A stretch of 64,000 bases of DNA, from assembly GCA_951406725.2 (NCBI GenBank), contig OX597822.1, positions 1,240,001 through 1,304,000 on the forward strand, written 5' to 3'. Of the stretch, positions 44,805 to 58,757 are shown in pieces. The notes beneath the pieces were generated by a model. It ran no database searches. It had not been told where the DNA came from and saw nothing but the letters and a program-made list of their open reading frames with translations. Origin of the DNA: Octopus vulgaris (Eukaryota). How positions within the stretch are numbered: position 1 is the stretch's first letter; each line of letters begins with the position of its first letter. A program made the position numbers and the translations under genes.

Positions 44805-45345
44805 GTGTGTGACCTGCTGTTCACTGATGGCTGAGCATTGCTAGACATGACGAAACTAGAATGTAAGCCTGTTTTCATCAATTCTCAAAGCCTACAACAG
44901 TTTTGATCCCCGTTGATACTGGAAAGATAGAGATAGTACTGCATAAAGGTGTCTAAGGACATGCATAATCAGTACCTTCTAGAAAAACAATGAGGTAGAA
45001 TTGCAAAACCTAGGCAACTTTGAATATCTTGGAAATATATTGTTTACGATTACCTGTCTTGATGCTCGAGTGTCATTTCCCATTGGCAAGTTGAGAGCAT
45101 GTTTTAGAAAACTGCGGAGCAGGATAGTCTGTTCATTTTATTTTATCTTATTTTATTTGTGCTGATATAAAAGTAAAGTTTACCATGCTGTCATTCGTCC
45201 AACTCTTCTCTATGGTACTGAATCTTCTAAAATGCCACTTTATACCTAAGGAAAATTCTAGGCATAATGTGACAGGATAGAATACAAAATAGAGAGGTTC
45301 TCGGACGTGCCAATGCAACCCCATTTTTTTCCACAGCCCAATCCA
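44805..45345 (+). mobile_element. Old RTE LINE RT fragment
   Basis: Decayed DLLF(T)D(G).AL, NFEYLG, IKVKVYHAVIRPTLLYGTES, LRKILGIM*QDRIQNREVLGRA motifs. Confidence 0.65.
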
Positions 45346-45608
45346 AATAGGCCACTAAGTATTTTGAATTCAGAACAAAGGAAGTCGACAGAAATACCAC
45401 AAGGCATTCAGCCAAGATTTCTTACAGAAACCTTCCTTTACTTTTAATCGAGCCTTAACAGCTGAGAGGCAAAGCTGACTGCAGTGGAATTTCGAACTCA
45501 GAGAGCAGCGAGATGGAACAAACACGGCGAGGCACCCTATTCGATGCTCTAACGTGCTTAACGAGTGAAAAGTTAAAATCCACTCGGACTCTTGAATATT
45601 GTATCAAT

Positions 45609-45850
45609 ACTCTTTACTCTTTTCTCTTTACTCTTTTCCTTGTTTCAGTCATTTGACTGCGGCCATGCTGGAGCACCGCCTTTAGTCGAGCAAATCGACC
45701 CCGGGACTTATTCTTTGTAAGCCCAGTACTTATTCTATCGGTCTCTTTTGCCGAACCGCTAAGTGACGGGGACGTAAACACACCAGCATCGGTTGTCAAG
45801 CAATACTAGGGGGACAAACACAGACACACAAACATACACACATATATATA
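45609..45850 (-). mobile_element. SINE family A, 3' half (young)
   Basis: Near identical to 28004-28260. Confidence 0.88.
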
Positions 45851-46753
45851 TATACATATATATACTACATACAAAATTTTCATAACAACGTGTTGCAAAA
45901 CGTGAACGTATACTGTTTTTGCACTACCAATGGGGCGGGGGACGAATATTTCAGAAGAAAATTTAATTAAAGAAACAAATTAATTTGTTGCAGGTTAACT
46001 ACACTGTGGCGTGAAATGTGGCTCAAAACACGAAATACAGGTTCAAAATTGTGTTGAATTAAACATTAGAATATATAACATAATAACCGCTATCTTTATA
46101 GCACACTTATAATAAATTTAATTGATTATCCAAATTTAATTTAATTTCAATGAATGACTTTACTGTGTTGAAGTAACTCTAGTAAATACTAGCATTTTAG
46201 AATATATGTAAAAAATGTTGAATCAGACAGTATTGCAATTTATATTTGCATTGCTTTTTTACTCACGCACATATACGCACATATATATATATGTTTGCTT
46301 ATACCTACATACACACACACCTCCTCTGTCTGTTTGTCTCTCACTCTCAGTAAAATTACAGAAAACTAAGCATAAACTACGGGCAACCTGCACAGTAAAA
46401 CGGAAGGTGCAAACACAAATATCAATTTCCCTAATCCAAACCCATCAGCCATTCGCTGAATATCAAGGTAATATAGGCACGTACTCAACATTATTCATCG
46501 TTTCAGAGTGCCGGGAAATTCCGTGGTAAATGTTACCAGCGAAAGGTGTATATATGTTGGGAAATGTGGGAAATCCTTGGTACAATTAAATATATTTGAA
46601 AAAAGAGAGAGAATTACTTCACAGATTGTTCTAATCTGTTTAATTTATTGTTTTTAATTTTTCAATGATATAAATTTATATTATTAAATTCATATAATTA
46701 AAAAAATTAAAAATAATAAATTAACATGATTAGTGAAATCATTATTTTTCTTT

Positions 46754-46823
<70 letters not shown>

Positions 46824-46978
46824 TATGCATGATTTCATATAACAAGAAGATATCTATCTCATAGTGAAAGGTTGTCCGTGCAGTGGAATTTCCATAGAAG
46901 CAATAAATTGAGCACTGAAACATAATTGTTAATCAGCACACTCATATTCCTTCACACTTCAACTACATCTACGAAGCA

Positions 46979-47014
<36 letters not shown>

Positions 47015-47134
47015 GAAAGGGAGGGGAAAGAGATATGTGTATCCTTACCTTAAATTTTAAGAGATAGCATAGATAGATCTGTACCGCTAGTAAAGGAGCA
47101 CAGCTTTCTTATTATATACACAAACATACAAGCA

Positions 47135-47320
<186 letters not shown>

Positions 47321-47354
47321 ACATATATATATATATACACACACACATATATAT

Positions 47355-47398
<44 letters not shown>

Positions 47399-47413
47399 AT
47401 ATATATGTATATG

Positions 47414-47471
<58 letters not shown>

Positions 47472-47500
47472 AAGGAGTTTGTATGATTGTGTATAGAGGG

Positions 47501-47956
47501 ATATATATTATTCAAAGGAATTCCAAATCTGTCTGTTTTTTTATGTTTTATTTATATTCTTTTTAATATTAATGTAGAATATAGAATATATAGTATAAAT
47601 AGTAAATACAGTAAAATGAAATGAAGTATTGATTGTCTTATTGAATAGATGAAATATTGAATATAAAATATTAAGGGACTAGTATACTTTCTTGCCTTAA
47701 AGTAGTCTTCAAGATCCCAGGTTGTGATAGGAGTGTTTCAACTGTCTTGAAACATTCCTGTCACAACCTGGGACCTTGAAAACTGCTTTAATAGAAGAAA
47801 GTATACTAGTCCCTTCAAATTTGATATTGAATATTTCATCTATTCAATAAGAAAATCAATACTTCATTTCATTTTACTATATATTCTATATTCTACTTAA
47901 ATATTATAAAGAATATAAATAAAACATTAAAAACAGGCAGAGTTGGAATTCCTTTG

Positions 47957-47968
<12 letters not shown>
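47501..47968. repeat. Degenerate hairpin with ~220-240-bp arms, short loop at ~47742-47746, inside (TA)n
   Basis: cccaggttgtgataggagtgtttcaa-ctgtc-ttgaaacattcctgtcacaacctggg; outer ttcaaaggaattccaa / ttggaattcctttgaa. Confidence 0.92.
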
Positions 47969-48004
<36 letters not shown>

Positions 48005-48109
48005 TTGAAGCGCAAAAATCACTAGGTGGTCAGACGAATGCTAGAAGTAGATCACCTACGATCAGACTACAAAGAAAAGAATGTTCTCTAGAGGAAAATT
48101 CAGCGGACA

Positions 48110-48180
<71 letters not shown>

Positions 48181-48182
<2 letters not shown>

Positions 48183-48325
48183 ACGGGCCTCTTTCAGTTT
48201 TTCGTCTACCAAATCTACTCACAAGTCTTTGGTCGGCCCGAGGTTATAGTAGAAGACACATGCCCAAGATGCCACGCAATGGGACTGAACCCGGAACCAT
48301 GTGGTTGGGAAGCAATGCTTAGCGG
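48181..48325 (-). mobile_element. SINE family A, 5' half
   Basis: Family match. Confidence 0.8.
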
Positions 48326-48393
48326 TATATAGAAAGACAACACAGACGGATGGTTAGATAGATAGAAAGATAGCTATCGAAACAGAGTGATAC

Positions 48394-48435
<42 letters not shown>

Positions 48436-48838
48436 GTGTAGGGAATACTGAGTGAGATAGACGGATTAAAAATGAGATAGACGGATTAAACAGTTTAATG
48501 TTGAAACGCATTGAATACATATGCGATTGCATGTGAAATATTCACAGTTAACATCTGGTCCGTAATTTATTCAAAGCTTTCACTCGATCAAGAATTATGC
48601 TCGTTTGTTTCCGCTTTCATCTTTTTTTTAATTTGGTATCAACAAAGCTTTGCCAATTTGCAATTTTTTTAGCCGGCTCAAAGAAAAATAGATATTTTAA
48701 TTAATTGCATTTTAATAAATGAATTTCTAAATAGTTAAATTCATGCGCCTGAAAGTAGAAATCAATTTTTACATTTAATATAAATTCTTTTCGAGTTGAT
48801 AAATTCTATTATCAAAACAGTGGGCAATTATAATTTTC

Positions 48839-48861
48839 AAATAATAATAATAATAATAATG

Positions 48862-48934
<73 letters not shown>

Positions 48935-48966
48935 TGATGACGATGACGATGACGATGATGATGATG

Positions 48967-49012
<46 letters not shown>
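48839..49012. repeat. (AAT)n/(GAT)n microsatellite
   Basis: Seen directly. Confidence 0.95.
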
Positions 49013-49014
<2 letters not shown>

Positions 49015-49289
49015 TCACAACCTGCACAGAAATCAATAAACTTAGCGTATGATAAATAGTGTATCTACATGTGCCTGAGTTTGAGCACGTATGTGCGTCT
49101 GTCTGTCTGCCTGTCTGTTGTATGTATGTATGTATGTATGTGTGTGTGTGTGTGTGTTTGTGTGTGTTTGTGCGTCTGTGGAGAGAGAAGAAAAGAAAGG
49201 GGGACTGAATAACTTGAATCTTCTCTTCAGGTATTTCCAAATCCACACCCCAGTAATAGGTCACAATTCTGGTTTTCATTGTCATTGAG

Positions 49290-49770
49290 GATCCCTACTG
49301 GTGAAAGTAGATCCTTAATATATGCAGACCAAACCCCAAGAACTGGCACAGATGTTATTTCAGTCCCTCAAATTGCTGACACTCAAAAAAGCTTAGCAGA
49401 GGTTTGTAAGGGAGTGTTGTTTCTATCAGTAAGGAAGTTGATACTCCCGCATCCATATATGCACGCACAAACATGCACAACCCTCCATCGCATCCAGAGA
49501 TCTGCCATGCGACTAATTTGTGTTTAATGAATCTCAAACACATTTCAGTCCCCTGTCCAATAGACATGTTGTTTACCCTACTCTGCCTGTTCTATTGCTA
49601 CCATAATATATATTTCTCGGAGCTGCTCGACACTCACCTCTTCTTCTCTTGATCTATGTTGTGGTTCTGCTATGTCCATTGCGAGACCTCGGGTCAAGCA
49701 ATGGACATAGATCTTTCTCAGAAGCGAAATGGCCTTCTGGAATCTACTTTGCTCATGTGTCGAAATGCGA
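49290..49770 (+). mobile_element. Highly decayed LINE RT C-terminal remnant
   Basis: LHRIQRSAMRLI and LCLFYCYHN..SEL resemble the LDRIQRRAIRLI / LCLFYRYY..CSEEL ends of Jockey/CR1-group LINEs. Confidence 0.45.
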
Positions 49771-49778
49771 CAGTTGTA

Positions 49779-49809
<31 letters not shown>

Positions 49810-50497
49810 TGTATGTATGTATGTATGTATGTATGTATGTATGTATGTATGTATGTGTATGTATTATGTATGTATGTATGTATGTATGTATGTATGTATG
49901 TATGTATGTATGTATGTACGTATATGTATTTCTTTTGTGTGAGTATTCTACTCACACACATACTGACACACAGACATTCACACACATATATGCTATATAT
50001 GTATGTATTTACATATATCCTTTTTATGGAAACAGCGTAGTATTGTATTCATACAATGTGGTCCTTACGCGCTGTGGCGTTTGGGTTTCGATATAATTGC
50101 TGACACCACACGTTTTACTAACCATTTGTAACCATTCTGGTTGTTTGTGTGTGTTTCTCTGTGTATTCAGCTTGAAGTATTTTTCTATTGGTTAGCATTG
50201 TTATATGTTATATAATTAACAAACTGCTCAGGAATTATTCTGCTCCGGTTATCACCATAAGAAGTTTCATAGTATACACTAGATGTGTTTCTAGAAAGCC
50301 TTTTAAATCCTTTGAGTAGTTGCATCTATCTTTCGAAGTCCTATAAATATTTATGTCATCTTTAAATACGACCAGGTAAATTATAAATTCCTGACAGGTA
50401 AGTATGAATAAAAAAATTGAAGAACTATCAGTATATATCTCATCTTTCGTTTTATCACATACATACATACACGGTTGATATTTTCGTGTTTGTTAGT

Positions 50498-50800
50498 TAA
50501 GGCAGCGAGTTGGCCGAATCGTTAGCATTCCAGCCAAAATGCTTAATGGCATTTCCTCCATTTTCACGTTCCGAGTTCAAATTCCGCTGAGGTCAACCTC
50601 GCTTTTCAGCCTTTTGGGTCGATAAAATAAGTTGCGCACTTTATGGTAGTAACTCTTTACATATAACAAGAGGAGAAAAAGATGTCTTTCAGCATTTCGG
50701 GGTCGATAAAATAAGTACCAGTTAAATACTGGAGTCGATGTGATCGACTTACTACTTTCCCTGAAATTGCTGGCCTTGTGCCAAACTTTGAAACCAAAAT
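50498..50800 (+). mobile_element. SINE family B with an internal duplication/insert
   Basis: aaggcagcgagttggccgaatcgttagc ... gagttcaaattccgctgaggtc ... aattgctggccttgtgccaaa. Confidence 0.75.
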
Positions 50801-52042
50801 TTTTGTCGTTGTTCTGGTTATTGTTGCTGCTCTTGTTGTAGTTGTCATTACTTTTAGAGTTGTAATATGATTGGATTCTCTACAGTTCGGATAAACCGAC
50901 AACCGCTGCTTTTCCAGTTGTGATCATTCAGACTCATTGTTTTCGTGCATAATCCATCTAGAACTCAGCCACTTAGCTACCATGTTTAGCAAGCTGAAAA
51001 ATCACCTTGCAGCGTCCTCTTTCATCCATATATATGTAAACACAATAGATACAACTTCATTTACTCATGTCATTTAATAATTAATGTAAAACAATCGATT
51101 ATATACAGCCACCATATGTTGTGATTATAGATATACTTTTGTATTTAAATTGGTATAAAGCCAAACATTATTTATTTTTTATGTTAGTTAATACAAATGG
51201 GTTTTGATATATGACTGGTATCATTTTATCGACTCGACAATGATGAAAGCCCAAGGTGGCTTCGATATGATTTGAGACCAGGATATTGATTGTTCAAATA
51301 CAGATCTTCGAATATCGTTAATGCAAAAACTCTCTTCCGTGGCTGCAGTTGGATTTGAGTGATATTAGGGGCTGCTTTGGGAAAAATAGTGTGTCTGAGA
51401 TAGGCAAAATTATTAGTTATGAAATCTATTAGACTATGGTGGACCACATTCGCCAATTCTCAGTCGTATCATGAGCCACCATAGAAAATGGGACAACTAA
51501 ATGGAATTGGGTCCATTCTTGATCAAAAGGTGTTCACATGATATGTAAACCGTGCCTTTAAGTCATTAGCCTTAAGATCTTGATTCTTCTGCGGGAAACT
51601 GTGTGGTTGAGTGAATGTGACTTAGTATGGCATTCTTTTGAAACAGCATAATCCCTCCGAGTACAAGTACCTTAAATTCAGAAACTGAAGGTGGGTTACT
51701 GGTAGATGACAGTGTGAATGCGTAATCTCGTTTGTGGTTATTGATGCTGGCTATGAATCTTTCTAGCTGAGAGTTAATTACCTCAACGTTATACACATTA
51801 ACGGGCTTACTGTTCTTGTGTATAACAGTTAAGTACTATCTTAGAAAAGGGAATAAGTTTCTGACTTTTGCAGTTACATCATGCAACGTTGCAGTCTCTA
51901 TTACATGCGCGTGCGCATGAGATTATACATTTTCAGACTCGTGTTGAGTGTCACATTATTTATGTGGTCTTTAAGGTGGAGATTCCATTTATTCAAATGT
52001 TCCTAATCCTAGCTGGCCTACTCTGAATTCTCATGGATATAT

Positions 52043-52575
<533 letters not shown>

Positions 52576-53305
52576 CATACATGTGTGTGTGTGTGTGTGT
52601 GTGAATATATTGTAAGTAGGTACAGGCTACAAGCACCAAACAGTACTCAATGCTGAGGGACAAGAGTTGTTTATGATTATTACTGCTGGTTCTTCACATG
52701 TAGTTATTCAAAATGTACGACTGACTACAGGTTTGATGCCAGCTGCAATAATCATACATACATATATACATACAGAAGTTTCGTATTCAGCCGATAACAA
52801 GGATGATCAGTATCGCGGATTCAGTAACCTTTAAACCTTCGTAGTTTCTTCTAAACATATGGAGCAATACATTGCAATCATTTTTGAGCTACTAAGAATC
52901 GGCATGATATAACAATGCATTTTATTTTCATGTATAATCAAGGTCACCAATAGCTTTAAATTTTTTCCTGAACTCCAGTATTTTCAGGAAGAGAGATTTC
53001 AATAGAAATAGATATAAAATACATCGTAAATATAAAATTGGTTAAATCAACAAGCAATATTTCTTATATCAGAGGACTGCATATTTGCATTGTGAAAATA
53101 GTTTAACTTATAAATGAAACAAGTTTTGTTGAGTCACGGATATACCGCCACATCCAGTTGACATATTTCTATGTGACCACTAAAATATAATCCATTTTTA
53201 TTTACTCTCTCAATCATAAATTTTTCTTCGCATCCAATGAGAGTTGATAGTATTAATTTAGAGATTGACAAGATAATGTTCTATAGATATAATTATGGAT
53301 ACACA

Positions 53306-53705
53306 CAGGCGTGGCTGTGAGGTAAAAAAAACTTGCTTCTCTAGCACATGTTTCCGGGTTCAGTCACACTGCATGTCACCTTTAGGATGTGTTTTCTGCT
53401 ATTCCCTCTGGCCGAGCAAAGCCTTTTGAGTGGATTTGTTAGACGGAAACTGAAAGAAACCCTCGTATTTATATATGTACGTGTGTACGTTTGTGTGTGT
53501 GTCTTTGTGTATGTGTTTGTCACTCATCGTCGCTTGAAAGCCGTGCTGTATGTGCTTACGTCCTCGTAACGTTGTGGCTCCGAAAAGAGACCAGCAGAAT
53601 AAATGCTAGGTTTCGAGATAGAAAATAAGTACTGGATCGATTCATTCGACTGTTATCCTTCAATACACTGCTCCAGCATGACCGCAGTCGAATGACTGAA
53701 ACGAT
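53306..53705 (+). mobile_element. SINE family A, degenerate full length
   Basis: aggcgtggctgtgaggtaa ... ctccagcatgaccgcagtcgaatgactgaaac. Confidence 0.8.
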
Positions 53706-54065
53706 TAATATATGAAAGATATCGAAGATATCACAATTTGTCACAATTTATCACAATTTGTATGTTGAGTACTTCATTGTTTATACATATAAAGGCATGT
53801 CTAGGCGTCGAAAAATACCTCTTTATAAATCACATAAATGAATTCGGTTCCACTAAATCGTGCTCAAACTATGGCTTTACAACTATCCAGAGGGATAGAG
53901 TATGGACTACAAACATTTGATTTTAAACTACTACTACTACTACTACTACTACTACAAGCAACATCAGTATTAACATACAGAACCATTATTAACAAAAGCA
54001 CTACCGAGATTGTCATCAACAAATAATACATATGTACACACACACGTAAGTATGTGTGTGTGTAT

Positions 54066-54123
<58 letters not shown>

Positions 54124-54360
54124 ATGTAATTAATGTGTGCGTATATACACATATATGTGTATATGTAAATACGTATATATATGTATATATGTGTATATGT
54201 ATATATATGTATATATATATATATGTGTATATATATATTTATGTCTGTGTATATACATATGTATATATATATATGCCTGTGTGTATATATATGTGTGCAT
54301 ATCTATCTATCTAACTATATATATATATGTGTGTGTATGTGTGTATATATATATACATAT

Positions 54361-56898
54361 AGATTACGTCATCGTCAGGGTGAAAGACAGGCGGGACGTG
54401 AGACTGGTCAAAGCCATGTGCGGAGCTGACTGCTGGACGGACCATCGCCTCATCATCTCCAGGATGGATTTCTACATCCGACCTAAGAGAAGACCACAGG
54501 GTCAGAAAGTGACGAGGAAGCTTAACATCACGAAATTAAAGAACCAGCTGACTGCACAAGATCTCCAGTCACGTATGGACAGTAAGCTGTTGGACATTCG
54601 GAGTGACCAGTCCAGCATCGATGAGCAGTGGGAATCATTCAGGGACACGGTTCATTCCATCGCCCTTGAAACTCTGGGCCAAATTACGAGGAACCACCAG
54701 GACTGGTTCGACGAAAACGACCAGGAAATCCAAAAGCTCCTGGAAGAGAAACGCCGTCTGCTGCGGGCTCACCAAAACGACATCACCTGCACGGCAAAGA
54801 AGGCCGCTTTCAACAACATTCGCAGCACAGTCCAGGCTAAACTCCGCCTCATGCAAGACGCATGGTTAAGCGCCAAGGCGGATGAGATTCAGGGATACGC
54901 AGACAAACACGACACCAAGAAATTCTACGAGGCGCTGAAAGCTGTCTATGGACCGCAGTTCTCCTTTGGATCAACCCCCTGCTCAGCTCAGATGGAACCT
55001 CACTCCTGACTAACAAGAGGCTGATCCTGGAGAGATGGGCGGAGCACTTCAACATCGTGCTCAACCGACCAGCCCAGATCAACGAGGAAGCCATCGCACG
55101 ACTCCCCCAGGTGCCGACAAACCACGGGTTGGCTGTTCCCCCTGCAGTCGAGGAAGTGAGCAGAGCTATCAAAAAAATGTCCACCGGCAAAGCTCCAGGC
55201 TCTGACGCCATCCCTGCAGAGGTGTTCAAGTCGGGCGGCCCCACCATGATCAGTCAGCTCACCAGCCTGTTCCAGTCGATGTGGGACAGGGAACAACTCC
55301 CTCAAGATTTCCGGGACGCAACAATCGTCCACATTTATAAGCGGAAAGGAGATCGGCAGTCCTGCGACAACCACCGAGGTATTTCCCTCTTGTCCATAGC
55401 AGGCAAGATCCTGGCCCGGGTCCTGCTTGACCGCCTTCTGGAACACTTGGAGCAAGGCCTTCTCCCTGAGAGCCAGTGTGGCTTCCGTGCGGGTCGAGGG
55501 ACCACTGACATGATATTCGCCGCCCGCCAGCTCCAGGAGAAATGCATGGAGCAGCACCTTGACCTCTGCATGACCTTTGTTGACCTCACCAAGGCCTTTG
55601 ATACAGTCAGTCGGGAGGGACTATGGAAGGTCATGGGAGAATTTGGTTGCCCCATCAAATTTATTGCAATTGTCCGCCAGTTCCACGACGGAATGACAGC
55701 CAGAATCCTTGAAGACGGTGACTCATCTGAAGCCTTCCAGGTGACCAACGGAGTCAGGCAGGGCTGTGTCCTGGCCCCAACACTGTTCAGCATCATGTTC
55801 TCGGCAATGATGTCCGACGCCTTTAGGGACTGCAAGTCCGGTATCAACATCAAGTACAGGACAGACGGGAAACTTTTCAACTCCAGGAGATTGCAGGCTG
55901 TCACAAAGGTGAGGGAGACAGTCGTCAGAGACTTTCTCTTTGCTGACGACTGCGCCCTTAATGCAATCGATGAGCAGGAGATGCAGCTCGAGATGGACAG
56001 GTTCTCATCAGCCTGTGACAACTTCGGTCTCACCATCAGTGCAAAGAAAACCGAAGTGATGTTTCAGCCAGCCCCCGGCAAACAATACCATGAGCCTCAG
56101 ATAAGGGTGAACGGACGGATCCTCCGAGTGGTGGAAAACTTCACCTACCTGGGCAGCACTCTCTCCTGCAATGCCAACATAGATGCTGAAACCATCAACA
56201 GAATCTCCAAGGCAAGCAGCGCGTTTGGGAGACTGCGAAAGAAAGTCTGGGAGCGGAGAGGAATCAGCCTCAACACCAAGCTGAAAGTCTACCGGGCAGT
56301 CGTGCTTACCACCCTACTATACGGCTGCGAGACGTGGACTGCTTACCGAAGGCACGAGCGCCAGATAAACCACTTCCATCTCAGGTGTCTTCGGAATCTC
56401 CTTCACATCCGCTGGCAGGACAAAGTCCCAGACACGGAAGTTCTGAAGCAGGCAGATCTCCCTAGCACCATCACAATCATGCGCAAGGCCCAGCTGAGAT
56501 GGGCGGGCCACGTCTCCCGCATGTCCGACACTCGCATCCCAAAACAGCTCTTCTACGGTGAACTCGGCCAGGGCAGGCGCAAAGTCGGAGGGCAGAAAAA
56601 GCGCTACAAGGATAGTCTCAAGGTCTCTCTCAAAGACTTCTCCATCGGAACAGAGACCTGGGAGACACTTGCTGCCAACCGCTCATCCTGGCGCAGCGCA
56701 ATCACCGTGGGAGCAGGGACAGCCGAGGAGGGACGGATTCGGTCAGCGGAGCAGAAACGTCAGATGCGTAAAGTCAGAGCCGCCTGCACCAGTAGCACTG
56801 CCCCTACCCACTTCTGCCCCACCTGTGGGAGGAGCTTCCTTGCCCGGATTGGCCTCACCAGCCACCTCCGGTCTCATGGCGGCAGTTCCATCAGATGA
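54361..56898 (+). pseudogene. RTE ORF (APE C-terminus, reverse transcriptase, C-terminal C2H2-type Zn finger); one frameshift at the C-run 54975-54979, no start codon
   Basis: KAPGSDAI, NHRGISLL, QCGFR, FVDLTKAFDTV, GVRQGCVLAPTLF, catalytic FADD, FTYLGS, LRWAGHV, CPTCGRSF..LTSHLRSH. Stop at 56896-56898. Confidence 0.93.
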
Positions 56899-56956
56899 TG
56901 TCAGTTGGTCATCTTCGAACCGAAGGACGAACATTATTATTATTATTATTATTATT
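54361..56956 (+). mobile_element. RTE-clade LINE, 5'-truncated, young, with (ATT)n tail
   Basis: Starts within the APE domain (IDYVIVR...DCWTDHRLI). Short 3' UTR ggtcatcttcgaaccgaaggacgaac then (ATT)n. Possible TSD tatatacatata (low complexity). Confidence 0.95.
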
Positions 56957-56971
56957 ATATACATATATACA

Positions 56972-57789
56972 CACCCGCTTAGCCTACATCGACTTTGAAC
57001 GCTGGTGCACATGCGCACTGAATTTTAAAGTTCTAGCCCACTTCCGTTGTTTACAGTAGTGCTTGTAAAGGTGTGTGGCGCATTAAGCATAACAAAAGAG
57101 AATTGAGCAGAGAATCTGCATCAAATTTTGCCAAAGTCTTGGCGATATCTGCTTGGAAACCCACGCAAAACTTTTAGAAGTTTTCATCGATCTCGACACA
57201 ATGAAGGAGATCTTGTGCAACGACGCCCAACTGCCTTCTTGCTCAGCTGAAAACAGTTTTGGTGCAAACTAGGCAGACACGCATCTCATACCCAAATCTT
57301 CAGTGATAATGGACTGAACTGAACCGTAACTAATCTGCACATCCTCTGATAACTCACAAATGGTGATTCGACGATTTCCTCTCACAGCTGCACTCACATC
57401 TGCGATGTTTTTCTCAGATCTGCTGGTTGCCGGTCTCCCAAAAACTTCGTCAATATCAAAGTTTTTCGGCCATCTTGGAAATCTCTGGACCAATCATACA
57501 CTTCTGTGCAGCTCATACACTCCGCTCCATAAACCTTCTGCAACTTTGCGTCGGTTCCTGAGCAGGTACCGCCATGACAACTTTATTTGTGATGGTCAAC
57601 GCGACGATTACACGCTACACACTTTCCTTCCAAACACTGCTGTTAAGGGCGAAAGTGAGCAAGATCGTCAAAACCTAATCCACATGCAGAGCATTGTTGA
57701 TAGTCAATCTGTGCCAAGTGGCTTCACTCTGCGTGTTTTAGCTTCGTATCTATTGCAACAGTCCGGATACTTATTGATCGGACCTAGTA
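56972..57789 (-). mobile_element. Non-autonomous mariner derivative (fold-back type, copy 3)
   Basis: TIR agtccggatacttattgatcggacctag-ta. Minus-strand DEVFGRPATSRSEKNIADVSAAVRGNRRITICELSEDVQISYGSVQSIITEDLGMRCVSA. Inverted 5' arm EQRICIKFCQSLG on +. Confidence 0.82.
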
Positions 57790-57803
57790 TAACTGTATAT
57801 GTA

Positions 57804-57884
<81 letters not shown>

Positions 57885-57887
<3 letters not shown>

Positions 57888-58294
57888 CGTAGGAGTGGCT
57901 GTGTGGTAAGTAGCTTGTTTACCAGCCACATGGTTCCGGGTTCAGTCCCGTTGCGTGGTACCTTGGGCAAGTGTCTTCTACTATAGCTTCGGGCCAACCA
58001 AAGCTTTGTGAGTGGATTTGGTAGACGGAAACTGAAAGAAGCCCGTCGTATATATGTATGTAAATATGTATGTGTGTGCATATGTTTGTGTGTCTGTGTT
58101 TGTCCCCCCAGCATCACTTGACAACCGATGCTGGTGTGTTTACGTCACCATAACTTAGTGGTTCGGCAAAAGAGACCGATAGAATAGGTACTAGGCTTAC
58201 AAAGAATAAGTCCTGGGATCGATTTGCTCGACTAAAGGCGGTGCTCCAGCATGGCCACAGTCAAATGACTGAAACAAGTAAAAGAGTAAAGAGT
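57885..58294 (+). mobile_element. SINE family A, full length (reference copy in this window)
   Basis: A-box-like gtggctgtgtgg, B-box-like gggttcagtccc, CORE-like accttgggcaagt, internal (TA/TG)n, (gagtaaa)n tail. Confidence 0.92.
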
Positions 58295-58316
58295 ATATGT
58301 GTGTGTGTATATATAT

Positions 58317-58686
58317 AGGAGTGGCTGCGTGGTAAATAGATTGCTTATCAACCACTTGGTTCCGATTTCAGTCCCACTGCGTGGCACCTTGGGCAAACGT
58401 CTTCTATAGCATCGGGCCGACCAAAACCTCGTGATTGCGTTTGATAGACGGAAACTGAAAGAAGCCCGTTATATATATATGTTTGTTTGTTCCCCCACCA
58501 TCACTTGACAATCGGTGCTGGTGTGTTAACGTCCCCATCCACTAGCTGTTCGGCAAAAGAGACCGATAAATAAGTACTAGAATTACAAAGAATAAGACCT
58601 GGGGTCGAGTTGTTTGACTAAAAGGTGGTACTCCAGCATGGCCGCAGTGAAATGACTGAAACAAGTAAAAGGATAAAAGAATAAAA
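58317..58686 (+). mobile_element. SINE family A, second tandem copy
   Basis: Family match. Confidence 0.88.
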
Positions 58687-58710
58687 TATATATATATATG
58701 TGTGTGTATA

Positions 58711-58757
<47 letters not shown>

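Noticed and set aside
48453-48490. Tandem tgagatagacggattaaa x2
   Set aside because: Ordinary slippage duplication; not spacer-separated, so not CRISPR-like.
50232-50403. Strong donor CAG/GTAAGT with an upstream AG
   Set aside because: All three frames of the putative exon contain stops.
51572-51796. 74-aa minus ORF in unique DNA
   Set aside because: Non-ATG start, upstream in-frame stop and no recognisable motif.
55000-56036. Long antisense ORFs (185 aa, 233 aa)
   Set aside because: Shadows of the GC-rich RTE coding strand.
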